Assembly: GCA_963763715.1 (NCBI GenBank) | Contig: CAVXPV010000020.1 | Span: 78,124-142,123, forward strand | DNA: 64,000 bases | Source: an uncultured Solirubrobacterales bacterium | GTDB lineage: Bacteria; Actinomycetota; Thermoleophilia; Solirubrobacterales; Solirubrobacteraceae | Direction of reading: 5' to 3' | Shown here: in pieces, positions 1-10,087 of the stretch | Layout: each line of letters begins with the position of its first letter | Position numbering within the stretch: the first letter of the stretch is position 1 | Notes under the pieces: generated by a model | What the model was told of the DNA's origin: nothing | The model's input: only the letters and a program-made list of their open reading frames with translations | The model's database searches: none | Made by a program: the position numbers and the translations under genes

Positions 1-396
1 GCTGCGCCCGACGCGCTCGTCGTGCCCACCGTCTTCGACGCCGACACCAAATCCGTGGGTGAGATCGCGCAGACCACACGCGCGCTCGCGGCTCGGGTCC
101 GTGACGGCTCGATCACGCCGGCCGAGCTGAGCGGTGCCACGTTCAGCATCTCCAATCTCGGCATGTTCGGGATCGACAGCTTCTCCGCGGTGATCAACTC
201 GCCCCAGGCCGCGATCCTCGCGGTCGGCGCTCTGCGCAAGCGCCCGGTGGTGCTGGACTCGGGCGAGATCGTGGCCCGGGACACGGTGCACCTGGCGCTC
301 GCCTGTGATCACCGGATCGTCTACGGGGTCGACGGCGCGCAGTTCATGGCCCGGTTGCGCGAGCTGCTGCAGGCCCCCCTCAGCCTGTTGGTCTGA
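1..396 (+). CDS. 2-oxoacid dehydrogenase E2 acyltransferase, C-terminal part (truncated by window start)
   Basis: Catalytic-domain motifs GATFSISNLGMFG, INSPQAAILAVG and DHRIVYG. Confidence 0.9.
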   Translation, partial: AAPDALVVPTVFDADTKSVGEIAQTTRALAARVRDGSITPAELSGATFSISNLGMFGIDSFSAVINSPQAAILAVGALRKRPVVLDSGEIVARDTVHLALACDHRIVYGVDGAQFMARLRELLQAPLSLLV

Positions 397-1528
397 GTCC
401 GGCCCGTGCCCGCCGGGGCGCCAGCGGCCCCTCGGGCCTGCCGGAATCCGGTTGGCAGACGAGCGGGTGCCCGGCTTCCCTTCTGCCTGCCAACCGCGTT
501 CGGCGGCCGGCTTCCCCCCCCCCGACTGGTGGGCTCGGCGCGGCTGCCCGGCCGGGGCCGGCGCCGGCCGCCGACGCGTTGGCGGCCGCGAGCGGGCTGA
601 GGCCGTCGTCGACCTCGGCCTGCTCGGAGACGAGCTCCAGACCCGAGGCCTGCGCGGCCAGTTGCAGCAGGGCGGCGAAGTCGACCTCGTCGCCGGCCAG
701 CCCGAGCATGCCCTGGACGATCTGCTCGGTCGCGGCGGCCAGCGGCATCGCGACGTCGTGCTCGCGGGCCGCCTCGAAACCGAGGTGGAAGTCCTTGAGC
801 AGCAAGGACGGTGTGAAGGTGGGCGTGAAGTCCAAGTTGACGTAGGCAGGGCTCTTGTAGCGGGTGAAGGTCGAGCCCATCACGCTGTCGTTGAGGAAGG
901 CGAGGAAGTCCGCCCGTGAGACGCCGCCCTTCTCGGCCAGCACGGTGATCTCGGCCATGCATTGCGCGACGACCCCGAGCATCAGGTTGTGGCAGATCTT
1001 GACCAGCCGGGCGCGGTCCCCCTCGCCGACGTAGGTGACGCTGCGACCGAGCAGCTCCAGGTAGGGCCGGGCGCGCTGCCAGGCGTCCTCGGGTCCCGAG
1101 ACGACGATGGTCAGCCGTCCGCTGGCCACGACCTTGGGGTTGCCGCTCACCGGGGCGGCGAGCATCGCGACCCCGCGTGCGGCCGCCGCCTCGCGGATCT
1201 CGGCCGCCGCGGTGGGGGAGATGGTGGTCGAGTCGACGATCAGTCCCGGTGCGACCTCCACGCGGGAGAGCAGCCCGTGGGGACCGCTGACGACCTCGGC
1301 GACATCGGCCGAGCCCGCGACCATCGTGAATACGATGTCCCGGTCGGCCAGGTCAGCCGGGCTGTCGACCAGCGTCGCGCCGCGATCGGCGAGCGGCTGA
1401 GCCTTGGCGCGGGTGCGGTTGTAGACGGCGACGTCGTGCCCGGCCTCGAGCAGCCGTGAGGACAGCGCCAGACCCATCCGCCCGAGTCCGATCCAGCCGA
1501 GCCGCATCTGTTCCACGCCAGCATCCAT
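380..1528 (-). CDS. NAD(P)-dependent beta-hydroxyacid dehydrogenase (3-hydroxyisobutyrate/6PGD family)
   Basis: GWIGLGRMG Rossmann motif, APVSGNP, KICHN. ATG at 1528 follows GGAG. The 3' end is uncertain because a poly-C run at ~513-523 may hide a frameshift. Confidence 0.85.
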   Translation of the reverse strand: MDAGVEQMRLGWIGLGRMGLALSSRLLEAGHDVAVYNRTRAKAQPLADRGATLVDSPADLADRDIVFTMVAGSADVAEVVSGPHGLLSRVEVAPGLIVDSTTISPTAAAEIREAAAARGVAMLAAPVSGNPKVVASGRLTIVVSGPEDAWQRARPYLELLGRSVTYVGEGDRARLVKICHNLMLGVVAQCMAEITVLAEKGGVSRADFLAFLNDSVMGSTFTRYKSPAYVNLDFTPTFTPSLLLKDFHLGFEAAREHDVAMPLAAATEQIVQGMLGLAGDEVDFAALLQLAAQASGLELVSEQAEVDDGLSPLAAANASAAGAGPGRAAAPSPPVGGGEAGRRTRLAGRREAGHPLVCQPDSGRPEGPLAPRRARAGLRPTG

Positions 1529-1547
1529 CACGTCACTCCCAGGTCGC

Positions 1548-1561
1548 TGCAATCGTTTGCA
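1548..1561. promoter_or_regulatory. LacI-type operator copy 1 (TGCAATCGTTTGCA)
   Basis: Near-perfect palindrome with central CG, 20 bp upstream of the dehydrogenase start; recurs four times in the island. Confidence 0.8.
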
Positions 1562-1672
1562 GAAATCTACTCGATGTGAAGAGAGGCCGTCAAGCACCGC
1601 CAATCAGGTGCGCGTCGGCGGGGTCCCTGCCCCCACGTTCCAGTAGGCATCGGCCCACCCAGGCGATATGCT

Positions 1673-1690
1673 GCTGCAAACGTTTGCAGC
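1673..1690. promoter_or_regulatory. LacI-type operator copy 2 (GCTGCAAACGTTTGCAGC)
   Basis: Perfect 18-bp palindrome just upstream of the RBS and ATG of the M24 gene. Confidence 0.85.
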
Positions 1691-1709
1691 GACACGGGAG
1701 GTTGAGGCG

Positions 1710-3050
1710 ATGGGCCTGCACAGCTACGGCAGCATGGCGGTCGATTGGGAGGAGCGGATCCGGTTTGACCGGCTGCGCGACGAGCGCCTGGCTCGGATCT
1801 CGAGCCTGCTCGCCGATTCGGAGCTGGGCGCCCTGCTCTGCTTCGACATGGTCAACATCCGCTACATCACCGCGACCCACATCGGGACGTGGGCGGCGGA
1901 CAAACTCAACCGGTTCTGCCTGCTGGCCCGCGACGACGAGCCGATCATGTGGGACTTCGGCTCGGCCGCCCGCCATCATCAGCTCTACAACCCGTGGCTG
2001 GGCGACGGGCGTTCACGGGCGGGCATCTCGACCCTCCGGGGTGCGATGTCACCGCAGTCGGGCCGGGCCGAGGACGTCGCGCACAAGATCCGGGTCGAAC
2101 TCGAGGAGCGGGGCCTGCTCGGCGAGCCGATCGGGGTGGACGCGATCGAGCCCGCGGTCCTGTTCGCGCTGCAGGCCGAGGGGATCACGATCGTCGACGG
2201 TCAGCAGCTCATGCAGGAGGCGCGCGTAATCAAGACGCGCGACGAGATCCTGCTGCTCAACCACGCCTGTGCGATGGTCGACTCCGCCTACGAGGAGCTC
2301 TACCGGGCCATGCGTCCGGGCTTCCGGGAGAACGACTGCGTCGCCCTGGTCAACAAGAACCTCTACGAGGCCGGCTCGGAGTTCGTCGAGGGTGTCAACG
2401 CCATCTCGGGTGAGCGCTGCAGCCCCCATCCACACGTGTTCACCGACCGCGCGCTGCGCCCGGGCGATCCCGCCTACTTCGACATCCTGCACAGCTACAT
2501 GGGCTACCGCACGTGCTATTACCGCACGTTCGCGGTGGCCAGCGCGTCGCGCCCGCTCGTAGACGCCTACAAGCGGTGTCGCTATTACCTGGACGCGGCG
2601 ATCGCCCTGATCCGGCCCGGGGCGACCACCGGGGAGGTCGTCTCGGTTTGGCCCAAGGCTCAGGAGTTCGGCTTCCCCGATGAGGAGGCCGCCTTCGCGC
2701 TGCAGTTCGGGCACGGCGTCGGACTCTCGATCTGGGAGAAGCCGGTGTTCAGCCGGCTGGTCTCATTGGACCACCCGGAGGAGATCAAGGAGGGCATGGT
2801 GTTCGCACTGGAGACCTTCTGGCCGGCGAGCGACGGGTGGTCGGCGGCTCGGATCGAGGAACAGCTCGTGGTAACCAAGGACGGCTGCGAGATCATCACC
2901 CGCTTCCCGGCCGAGGATCTGGTCATCGCCGGCAAGCCGTACTACACGGCCGGCGGCTCACTGTCGCTCGAGCGCGACCCCCAGTCCAACCGCAACACCG
3001 AGCTCAACGCCGACACGCTCGAGGCGACCCCCCGGATGCCGTCCGCCTAG
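1710..3050 (+). CDS. M24 (Xaa-Pro peptidase/creatinase fold) hydrolase
   Basis: Creatinase-like N-domain (NIRYITA), RVIKT, FGHGVG, LETF, RIEE. Start MGLHSYG follows GGAGG/GAGG. Confidence 0.85.
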   Translation: MGLHSYGSMAVDWEERIRFDRLRDERLARISSLLADSELGALLCFDMVNIRYITATHIGTWAADKLNRFCLLARDDEPIMWDFGSAARHHQLYNPWLGDGRSRAGISTLRGAMSPQSGRAEDVAHKIRVELEERGLLGEPIGVDAIEPAVLFALQAEGITIVDGQQLMQEARVIKTRDEILLLNHACAMVDSAYEELYRAMRPGFRENDCVALVNKNLYEAGSEFVEGVNAISGERCSPHPHVFTDRALRPGDPAYFDILHSYMGYRTCYYRTFAVASASRPLVDAYKRCRYYLDAAIALIRPGATTGEVVSVWPKAQEFGFPDEEAAFALQFGHGVGLSIWEKPVFSRLVSLDHPEEIKEGMVFALETFWPASDGWSAARIEEQLVVTKDGCEIITRFPAEDLVIAGKPYYTAGGSLSLERDPQSNRNTELNADTLEATPRMPSA

Positions 3051-3544
3051 ACGTCACCCTCGATCGGACTCGCCCCCATCGGGCCGCCCGAAGCGGCCAC
3101 CGACCGGATCGCGTCGACGATCCCGACGTAGCCGGTGCAGCGGCATAGGTTGCCCGCGATCGCCTCCCGGATCTCGGTCTCGCTGGGGTCCGGAACCCGT
3201 CGCAGAAGCGCGTCCGCGGAAACGAGAAAACCGGCCGTGCAGAACCCGCACTGCAGCGCGTGGTGCGCCGTGAACGCGCGTTGCAGCGGGGAGAGCTCTC
3301 CGCCTGGAGCGCTCAGCCCCTCAACCGTGGTCAACGACCGGCCGTGGGCCTGCACGGCCAACATCAAGCAGGCGCGAACCGGCTCGCCGTCGATCTGCAC
3401 CGTGCAGGCGCCGCACACCCCGTGCTCGCAGCCGACATGGGTGCCGGTGAGGCCGGCCTGGTGGCGGATGAAGTCCGAGAGCAACGTGCGCGGCTCGACC
3501 TCGCCCGCGTAGGCGGTGCCGTTGATCGTCATCGCGATTCTCAT
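3047..3544 (-). CDS. Mo-hydroxylase small subunit, 2x[2Fe-2S] (CoxS/XdhC family)
   Basis: GCEHGVCGAC, QCGFC and NLCRCTGY motifs. Confidence 0.95.
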   Translation of the reverse strand: MRIAMTINGTAYAGEVEPRTLLSDFIRHQAGLTGTHVGCEHGVCGACTVQIDGEPVRACLMLAVQAHGRSLTTVEGLSAPGGELSPLQRAFTAHHALQCGFCTAGFLVSADALLRRVPDPSETEIREAIAGNLCRCTGYVGIVDAIRSVAASGGPMGASPIEGDV

Positions 3545-4395
3545 CGCAGCTCCCTCATGCTGGTTGCCGCGCGCTCACGCGCCCGGGACAGCGCCCGCGC
3601 AACCATCACGGTGATCAGAGCCCGGCGGTGGCCACCATCCGCGGCCGGCCCGGTCACCTCGGCTCCGGCGCGCCGCGCGACCTCCTCGTCGGAGGCTCCA
3701 TCCTGCAGGGCGGCCTCGGCCGCCACGGCTCGCAGCGGCTGGCCGGCCGCTCCAAGCAGTGCGATCGCGGGCCGCGGCCCGGCGGCCACCACGACGGCAG
3801 CGCCGGCGATCGCGAAGTCGCCGTGCGTGCGCGCGTACTCGACGAACGCGGACCCCGAGCCCCCGGGAAGTGCCGGCACATCGATCGCGCAGAGGAGCTC
3901 GTCCTCCTCCAGCGCCGTGGTCAGCGGGCCCTGAAACAGCTGATCGGCGCCGACCGTTCGCTCCCCGCGGGTGGAGCGCAGCCGGAAGCGGGCCCCGAGG
4001 GCCGTCAGCACGACGGGCAGCTCAGCGTTGGGATCGGCATGGGCAACCGAGCCGCCGACGGTCCCGCGGCTGCGGATCGCCGCATGGCCGACGAGGCGGA
4101 TGGCATCGACCAGCAACGGCCAGCCCGCGGCGACGGCCTCGGAGCGTTCGAGCTCCGCGTGTCGGGTCAGCGCGCTTAACGTCAGCGTCCCGTCGTTGCT
4201 CACCATGATCCCGCCCAGCTCGCCCGCCAAGGGGTTGAGGTCGACGAGCAGTTCGGGCCGGGCGAGCCGGAAGTTGAGCATCGGCACGAGGCTCTGGCCG
4301 CCCGCCAAGGGCTTGGCATCCTCGTTGCCGGCCAGCAACTCGAGCGCCTCGCGCAGCGAGCCAGGCGCCGCATACCGAAACGGTGCCGGCTTCAA
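3541..4395 (-). CDS. Mo-hydroxylase medium FAD subunit (CoxM family)
   Basis: KPAPFRY, LAGGQSL, IRSRGTVGGSVAHADP. TTG start overlaps the large-subunit stop (TTGA). Confidence 0.9.
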   Translation of the reverse strand: MKPAPFRYAAPGSLREALELLAGNEDAKPLAGGQSLVPMLNFRLARPELLVDLNPLAGELGGIMVSNDGTLTLSALTRHAELERSEAVAAGWPLLVDAIRLVGHAAIRSRGTVGGSVAHADPNAELPVVLTALGARFRLRSTRGERTVGADQLFQGPLTTALEEDELLCAIDVPALPGGSGSAFVEYARTHGDFAIAGAAVVVAAGPRPAIALLGAAGQPLRAVAAEAALQDGASDEEVARRAGAEVTGPAADGGHRRALITVMVARALSRARERAATSMRELR

Positions 4396-6797
4396 CGCCG
4401 CCGCCCGCGCCGGCGCAGTGCGATCGCCACCACGGCGCCCGCCAGCAGCCCGAGCGCCGGCGCGCGCCAGCCCGGCCGCCTCGCGGCGGGCGCGAACGTG
4501 ATGTCCGGGCCCGGTCGCGGCGCGACCGTCGCAGCGGGCTCGGGGTCCGTGACCTCGGGCTCGGACTCCGCGCCGTCGGGCTCGGGAACCGGGGGAACCC
4601 TCTGCAGCGCCCGCCACACCCGATCCGCGGTGTAGGGCGGATCCAGCCGGTGGCCACCGAGCGCGTCCGCGACTGCGTTCGCCACCGCAGGGAGCGTTCC
4701 TACGGCGCCGCCCTCACCAGCCCCCTTGGCCCCGAGCGGATTCAGCGGCGAGGGGGTCACGACGTCGCCGGTGACGATCGGCGGGATCTCGGCCGCGGTC
4801 AGCAGGCTGTAGTCCAGCAGCGAGCCGGTCGTGTTCTGGCCGTTCTCGTCGAACCGCACCTCCTCGGTCAGACACTCGCCGAGCGCTTGAACGGCGCCGC
4901 CGATGACCTGCCCGTGGACGAGCAGCGGGTTGATCAGCGTGCCGGCGTCGTCGACGGCGACCAGCCTCGTGACCGTCAATGCGCCGGTGCCGCGGTCGAT
5001 CGCCACGTCGGCCACGTAGGCGCCGGAGGAGAAGACGTTCGCCGACTGAAAGCGAGCTTCGGCCCGCAGCGGCGGCCGGCCCGCAGTGACCGCGGCCACC
5101 GTCAACTGGGCCCAGCTGACCCGCCCGGTCGCCCCCGTTTCGACGGCGAAGCCGTGCGGCGAGAGGGTCAGCGCGTCGCCGTCCACCCCGAGCCGCGCAG
5201 CGGCCTGCTCTCGCGCCGTGGCCACGAGTGCATCGGCTGCGACCGCGATCGCCGAGCCGGCCATCGCCACCGAGCGGCTGCCGAACGTCCCCACCCCGGG
5301 CGGGACCGCGGCGCTGTCGCCGGAGTGGATCGTGATCGCGTCCATGCCGACGTTGAGCCGATCCGCCGCGATCTGCGCGAACGTCGTCTCGTGGCCCTGC
5401 CCGTGCGGGCTCGCGCTCGTGGCCACGAGAAAGGTGCCGCCCGGCTCGGACTCGATCGTCGCGCTCTCCCACGCCCCGCCCGCGCGCTCGACGTACATCG
5501 CGATCCCGCGCCCGATGACCGGATCACCGCCGCCGTCGCCGCCTGGGTCGCCGGCCGGGCGGTCACCCACGCCGGACAGCTCGAGGGCAACGTCCAGCAG
5601 CTGCTCGTAGTCACCGGAGTCGTATTCCAGGCCGGTCGCGGTCACGTAGGGGAAGCTGCGGACGAGGTTGGTGCGCCGCAGCGCGACCGGGTCGATCGCC
5701 AGCTGCCGGGCGGCCCGGTCGACAAGTGCCTCGATCATGTACGCAGCGTCGGGACGTCCGGCGCCGCGGTAGGGGCCGGTCGGCACCTTGTGCGTCTGCA
5801 TGCCGGTGATCTCCACCTCCGCCACGGGCAGGTCATAGACGCCGCAGATCAAGGTCGCGAAGGTGTGAGCAGGGATCGGGGTGGTGGTCAGCAGGTAGCC
5901 ACCCAGGTCGGCCCACAGGCGGGCGCGCAGCGCGAGCATGCGGCCTTCGCCGTTCAGCGCCAGCTCGAGGTCGCCCTCTGTCCCGCGGCCCTGGTAGCAC
6001 CCGACCAGATTCTCGAGGCGGTCCTCGATCCACTTCAGCGGCCGTCCGAGCAGAATCGTGGCCGCGGCCATGGCGGCGATTTCGGGCGCGATCACTCCCT
6101 TGCTCCCAAACGCGCCGCCGACGTCGGGGGCGACGACGCGGATCCGCTCGGGATCGCGATCGAGGATGTGCGCGAGCTGCTCGCGGGGGCGATGGGGATC
6201 CTGAAAGGATCCCCACACCGTCAGCGTGTCGCCGGCCACGTTGTGCTCGGCCACCGCGCCCCGGGCCTCCATCGGCACGGCCGCGAGACGCGGGAGGGCG
6301 TAGCGACCACTGACGACGTGGGCAGCGCCCGCGAATGCCGCGTCGACGTCGCCGCGATGTTGCTCCCAGCGCATCAGCACCGTCTCGGAGTCGCGCGGCG
6401 AGATGACCGCATCCGCCGGCTCGTAGTCGACCTCCACCAGTTCCGCCGCGTCCTCGGCCAGCGCCCGGCTGGTCGCGATGACCAGCGCTACCGCCTGACC
6501 CGCGTAGCGCACCTCGCCGGCGGCGAGGATCGGATGGGGCTCGTCAGCGATCTCGGCGCCCGCTGGGGTCATGACCGGGAAGGGCCGGACAAGTCCCTCC
6601 AGGTCGTTCGCGGTGATCACCGCGATCAGGCCGTCGGCGCAATCAGGAACGCGAACGGCCGTGATCGAGGCGCGGGCGTGGGGGCTGCGCACGACCGCGA
6701 CGTGGCCGAGACCGTCGCGCTCGATGTCGTCCACGTAGCGGGTCTCGCCGCGGAGCACCCGCGCGTCCTCGCGCCGTGTGACCGACGCGCCGATCAT
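4392..6797 (-). CDS. Mo-hydroxylase large molybdopterin subunit (xanthine dehydrogenase/CoxL form II-like) with C-terminal hydrophobic tail
   Basis: DVGGAFGSK, PYRGAGRP, HGQGHET, GTFGSRS, GAKGAGEG. ATGA overlap with the upstream hydrolase. Confidence 0.92.
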   Translation of the reverse strand: MIGASVTRREDARVLRGETRYVDDIERDGLGHVAVVRSPHARASITAVRVPDCADGLIAVITANDLEGLVRPFPVMTPAGAEIADEPHPILAAGEVRYAGQAVALVIATSRALAEDAAELVEVDYEPADAVISPRDSETVLMRWEQHRGDVDAAFAGAAHVVSGRYALPRLAAVPMEARGAVAEHNVAGDTLTVWGSFQDPHRPREQLAHILDRDPERIRVVAPDVGGAFGSKGVIAPEIAAMAAATILLGRPLKWIEDRLENLVGCYQGRGTEGDLELALNGEGRMLALRARLWADLGGYLLTTTPIPAHTFATLICGVYDLPVAEVEITGMQTHKVPTGPYRGAGRPDAAYMIEALVDRAARQLAIDPVALRRTNLVRSFPYVTATGLEYDSGDYEQLLDVALELSGVGDRPAGDPGGDGGGDPVIGRGIAMYVERAGGAWESATIESEPGGTFLVATSASPHGQGHETTFAQIAADRLNVGMDAITIHSGDSAAVPPGVGTFGSRSVAMAGSAIAVAADALVATAREQAAARLGVDGDALTLSPHGFAVETGATGRVSWAQLTVAAVTAGRPPLRAEARFQSANVFSSGAYVADVAIDRGTGALTVTRLVAVDDAGTLINPLLVHGQVIGGAVQALGECLTEEVRFDENGQNTTGSLLDYSLLTAAEIPPIVTGDVVTPSPLNPLGAKGAGEGGAVGTLPAVANAVADALGGHRLDPPYTADRVWRALQRVPPVPEPDGAESEPEVTDPEPAATVAPRPGPDITFAPAARRPGWRAPALGLLAGAVVAIALRRRGRRR

Positions 6798-7852
6798 CGC
6801 GCGAGGTGTTCCCGGGTCCAGTCGGCGACGAGCGGGCGGTATTTGTAGGGGATGTTGTTGCAGACGTGGGTGCCGTCGGGGTAGAGGACCCATTCAGAGC
6901 CGGGCACGGCGTCGGCGATCCGTTTGGTCTCGCGCCAGCCGATCACCCGGTCGCGTTCCCCGGTGACGACCAGGCACGGCTGGCGGACGCGCTCGGCGAC
7001 GCCATCGAGGTCCAGCGTCTGGGCGCGTCGGCGCGCCTGCTGCGCATCGGGGGCACCCGTGTGATGGGCGATCGTCTCGCGGGTCAGCTCGGGCATCGCC
7101 TCCCAGTCGTCACCGAACCGGAACGGCCCGCTGATCCCGGCCACCGCGATCAACCGCGGCTCAAAGGCGGCGGCACGGATCACGTAGTGGCCGCCGAGGC
7201 TGACCCCGACCGCCGCGATGCGATCGAGCTCGAGGTCGTTGCGGTGGGCGACGGCGTCGAGGATCGCGGTCACGGCAACCTCATAGTCGTGACGGATGTC
7301 GAGCTGGAGGCCGACTTCTCCCTGCCCCGGACCGTCGAGCGACAGCGTCGCGATCCCGCGTTGCAGGAAGGTCGACTCCCAGTGAAAGAACTCCTCCTTG
7401 GTGGAGTCAAGACCCGGGATGAGCACGACCAGCGGCGCCCGGCGCGCGTCCGCGGGACGACGCAGGTTGGCGACCACGTGACCACCGTCCAGCGGAGCCT
7501 CGATCCGCTCGGCACGGGGATCGAGCAGCTGGAGGGCGGCGTACATGGTGCGGACCGCGGCCTCGGTGTTGCGCCGGTTGCGCTCGGGCTCGAGCACCCA
7601 CACGAACTTGGAGAAGTGGTAGCTGATGGCGGCCCGCAGGTACGCCTCGCCGGCGCTGCGGTGGCGGTTTCGCGTCAGCGCCTCCTCGGCCAGCTCGACG
7701 TGCACTTCGGCCGTCGCCGTCCACGCGTCGAGCCACTGGTCCCAGCGCTCGATGCCGCTCGTCGTCCGGGCGAAATCGTTGTAGTCGATGCCGTTGGCGA
7801 TGAACCGTCCGGCCCAGTGGGTGATCGCGGCCTCAACGCGGGCGTCGGCCAT
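6794..7852 (-). CDS. Alpha/beta hydrolase, 2,6-dihydroxypseudooxynicotine hydrolase-like (FrsA/DHPON family)
   Basis: GLDSTKEE, DGPGQGE, nucleophile GVSLGG, GTHVCNN; family signature recognised from memory. Confidence 0.8.
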   Translation of the reverse strand: MADARVEAAITHWAGRFIANGIDYNDFARTTSGIERWDQWLDAWTATAEVHVELAEEALTRNRHRSAGEAYLRAAISYHFSKFVWVLEPERNRRNTEAAVRTMYAALQLLDPRAERIEAPLDGGHVVANLRRPADARRAPLVVLIPGLDSTKEEFFHWESTFLQRGIATLSLDGPGQGEVGLQLDIRHDYEVAVTAILDAVAHRNDLELDRIAAVGVSLGGHYVIRAAAFEPRLIAVAGISGPFRFGDDWEAMPELTRETIAHHTGAPDAQQARRRAQTLDLDGVAERVRQPCLVVTGERDRVIGWRETKRIADAVPGSEWVLYPDGTHVCNNIPYKYRPLVADWTREHLAR

Positions 7853-8881
7853 GGGCAGGCTCCTCTCTCGCGGTCATGGCCGTTCTCAGCTCGCGGGCGG
7901 CGTTGCCGGCCAGGACCGCGCGTTCGGCCTCGGCTCCGATTCGCGCCGCGCGCACGGTGGCGACCGGATCCGGGTCGGCCATGTCGAACGGGTGGTCGGA
8001 GCCCAGCAGGACCCGGTCGGCGCCAACGGTGGCGACCAGGCCGGCGAGCAGCCCCGGGTCATGGGTGATGGTGTCAAAGAGAAACCGGCTCCTGACCAGG
8101 GCATCGGCGGCCATGGCCGGCTCAGCCGGCGCCGGGCCGGCGGCGGCGACCGCCACCTGGCCGTGGCGCAGACGTCCGCTCAGTCCGAGGATCGCCCCGC
8201 CGGCGTGGGCGAGCAACATGCGCAGCCCGGGGTGGCGGGTCATGGTTCCGCCGAGCACGAGGTGGGCGGCGGCGACGGTCGTCTCCATCGGGTTGCCGAC
8301 CAGATTCCACAGGTAGTGCTCGGAGAACGTGGGTTCGCGAAAGCCGCGCGTCGCCGGATGGACGAATATGAGCGCGTCGTGCTCGGCGGCGGCGCGCCAG
8401 ACCGGATCAAAACGGGGGTCTCCGATCGAGACACCATCCACGCTGGCGGTGACCTCGACTCCGGCGAACTCCCCGGTGCTCATCAGCGCCGCCAGTTCGG
8501 CGGCGGCGAGCTCCGGACCCTGCATCGGGATCGCGCCGAGCACGCTGACCCGGCCGGGCGCCTGCCGGCGCATCCGGGCCAGGCCTAGGTTCTGCAGCCG
8601 GCAGCGCTCGAGTGCCTCCTGGGGTGCGGCCTGCGGATACAGCAACGCCACCCATGGGCACAGGACGACGCCGTCGATCCCCAGCGCGGACCGGTTGGCG
8701 AGGACCGCGTCGAGCTCGGTGAACGGCCCGACCATCGAGCGGATGCGGGCGTCACCGAGGGTCGACCACGGGACGGCCCTCGTCATCCGTCTCAACGCTG
8801 CGGGCGCCACGTCTCGTCCGGTGCGGCGTCCCGCAGGATCTCAGCGACAGCGACGTGAACGTGGACATCGACGGCGTTCAT
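7833..8881 (-). CDS. Amidohydrolase_2 family protein (ACMSD-like decarboxylase/hydratase), frameshift near 8800
   Basis: N-terminus MNAVDVHVH (HxH) lies in ORF 8792..8977; the rest (FVHP, AHAGG, GSDHPFDM) lies in ORF 7833..8810. Confidence 0.8.
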
Positions 8882-8901
8882 ACCAACCGGAGCGAATCCT
8901 A

Positions 8902-8917
8902 CTGCAAACGTTTGCAG
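8902..8917. promoter_or_regulatory. LacI-type operator copy 3 (CTGCAAACGTTTGCAG)
   Basis: Perfect 16-bp palindrome ~21 bp upstream of the amidohydrolase ATG, which heads the amidohydrolase-hydrolase-LMS operon. Confidence 0.85.
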
Positions 8918-9028
8918 GACGCCCGGATCACGGGGGTGGGTTGCAAAACCTCTGAGCCCGAGACGTTTGCCGACCACACCCTGCGGGGGGGGATCAGCGG
9001 GCCGGCCCGACCGCCGCCGGGCGCCGAG

Positions 9029-10056
9029 CTACCGGAACGCGCGCGGCGCCGCCGTCGAGCCCCGCACGACCAGTGACGGATCGAGCAGGATCTCCTCCGA
9101 GCGGGCGTCCACGTCGGCGAGCTGCTCGAGCAGCAGGCCCGCCGCCACCGTCCCGATCTCGCGCTGGGGCACCCGCACCGAGGTCAGCGGCGGGCGGAGG
9201 CGGTCGACGAACGGCATGTCATTGAAGCCGGTCACCGAAACGTCAGCGGGGCAGGCGAGCCCGCGGCGCTCGAGCGCGTCATAGCACCCGATCGCCAGGC
9301 GATCGTTGGCGGCGACGATCGCCGTCAGCGGGGGGGGAGCGCGAGCAGCTCCGCGCAGGCCCGTGCGCCCTCGGCCTCGGTGAACGCCGTGCAGAAGGTG
9401 ATCTGCTCGGGCTCGGCGGCGAGCCCGTGGCGCTCCATCGCCTCCAGGAAGCCGAGGTAGCGCCGGTGGCCGGTGGACACGTTCTGGGGACCGGCGACGT
9501 GACCGATGCGCGTGTGGCCGAGCCCGGCAACGTGGTCGACGGCGAGCCCGATCCCCGCCCGGTCGTTGACCGTCACCGCCGGCAGCGAGCCGTCCTCGAG
9601 GCTGCGGTTGACGAGCACGAGCGGGGCGCCGCCGGCGGCGGCATCGGCGAGCAGCTCGACGTCCAGGCGTGCGGTGGCGGCGATGAAGCCGTCCACCTGA
9701 CGCGCTCGCATCGCCTCCATCTGCAGCCGCTCGCGCTCGGCGTCGTTGTCGGTGTTGACGATCAGCGACGTATAGCCGGCTTCGCCGAGCCCGTCCTCGA
9801 TGCCACGCATGATCGGAGGGAAGAGGGGGTTGGTGAGATCGGGGATCAGTACCCCGACGGTGTAGGAGCGGTTGGTCTTCAGCCCCCGCGCGATCGGATT
9901 GGGCCGGTAGCCGAGCTCCTCGGCCGCTCGGAGCACGCGCTCGGCGGTCTCGGGATTGACCAGGCTTCGCGTCTGCTCGTTGAGCGCGCGCGACACCGTG
10001 CCCGGATGCACCTCGGCCAGCCGGGCCACGTCTCGGATCGTCACTACCGTGCGCAC
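9029..10056 (-). CDS. LacI-family transcriptional regulator (frameshift in poly-G run near 9330-9337)
   Basis: TIRDVARLAEVHPGTVSRAL HTH and YRPNPIARGL; C-terminus TGFNDMPF..PPLTSV is in a second frame. Confidence 0.9.
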
Positions 10057-10087
10057 GCGGGCATTATCCCCCGGCATGCGGGCGCCC

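Noticed and set aside
4392-6797. Form I aerobic CO dehydrogenase
   Set aside because: The active-site loop is PYRGAGR, not AYxCSFR, and there are no coxDEF genes.
4383-6848. Long antisense and alternate-frame ORFs (e.g. 4383..6848+, 10211..12382+, 32586..34556+, 35925..37490-)
   Set aside because: Arg/Gly/Pro-rich shadows of real genes, expected in high-GC DNA, with no recognisable motifs.
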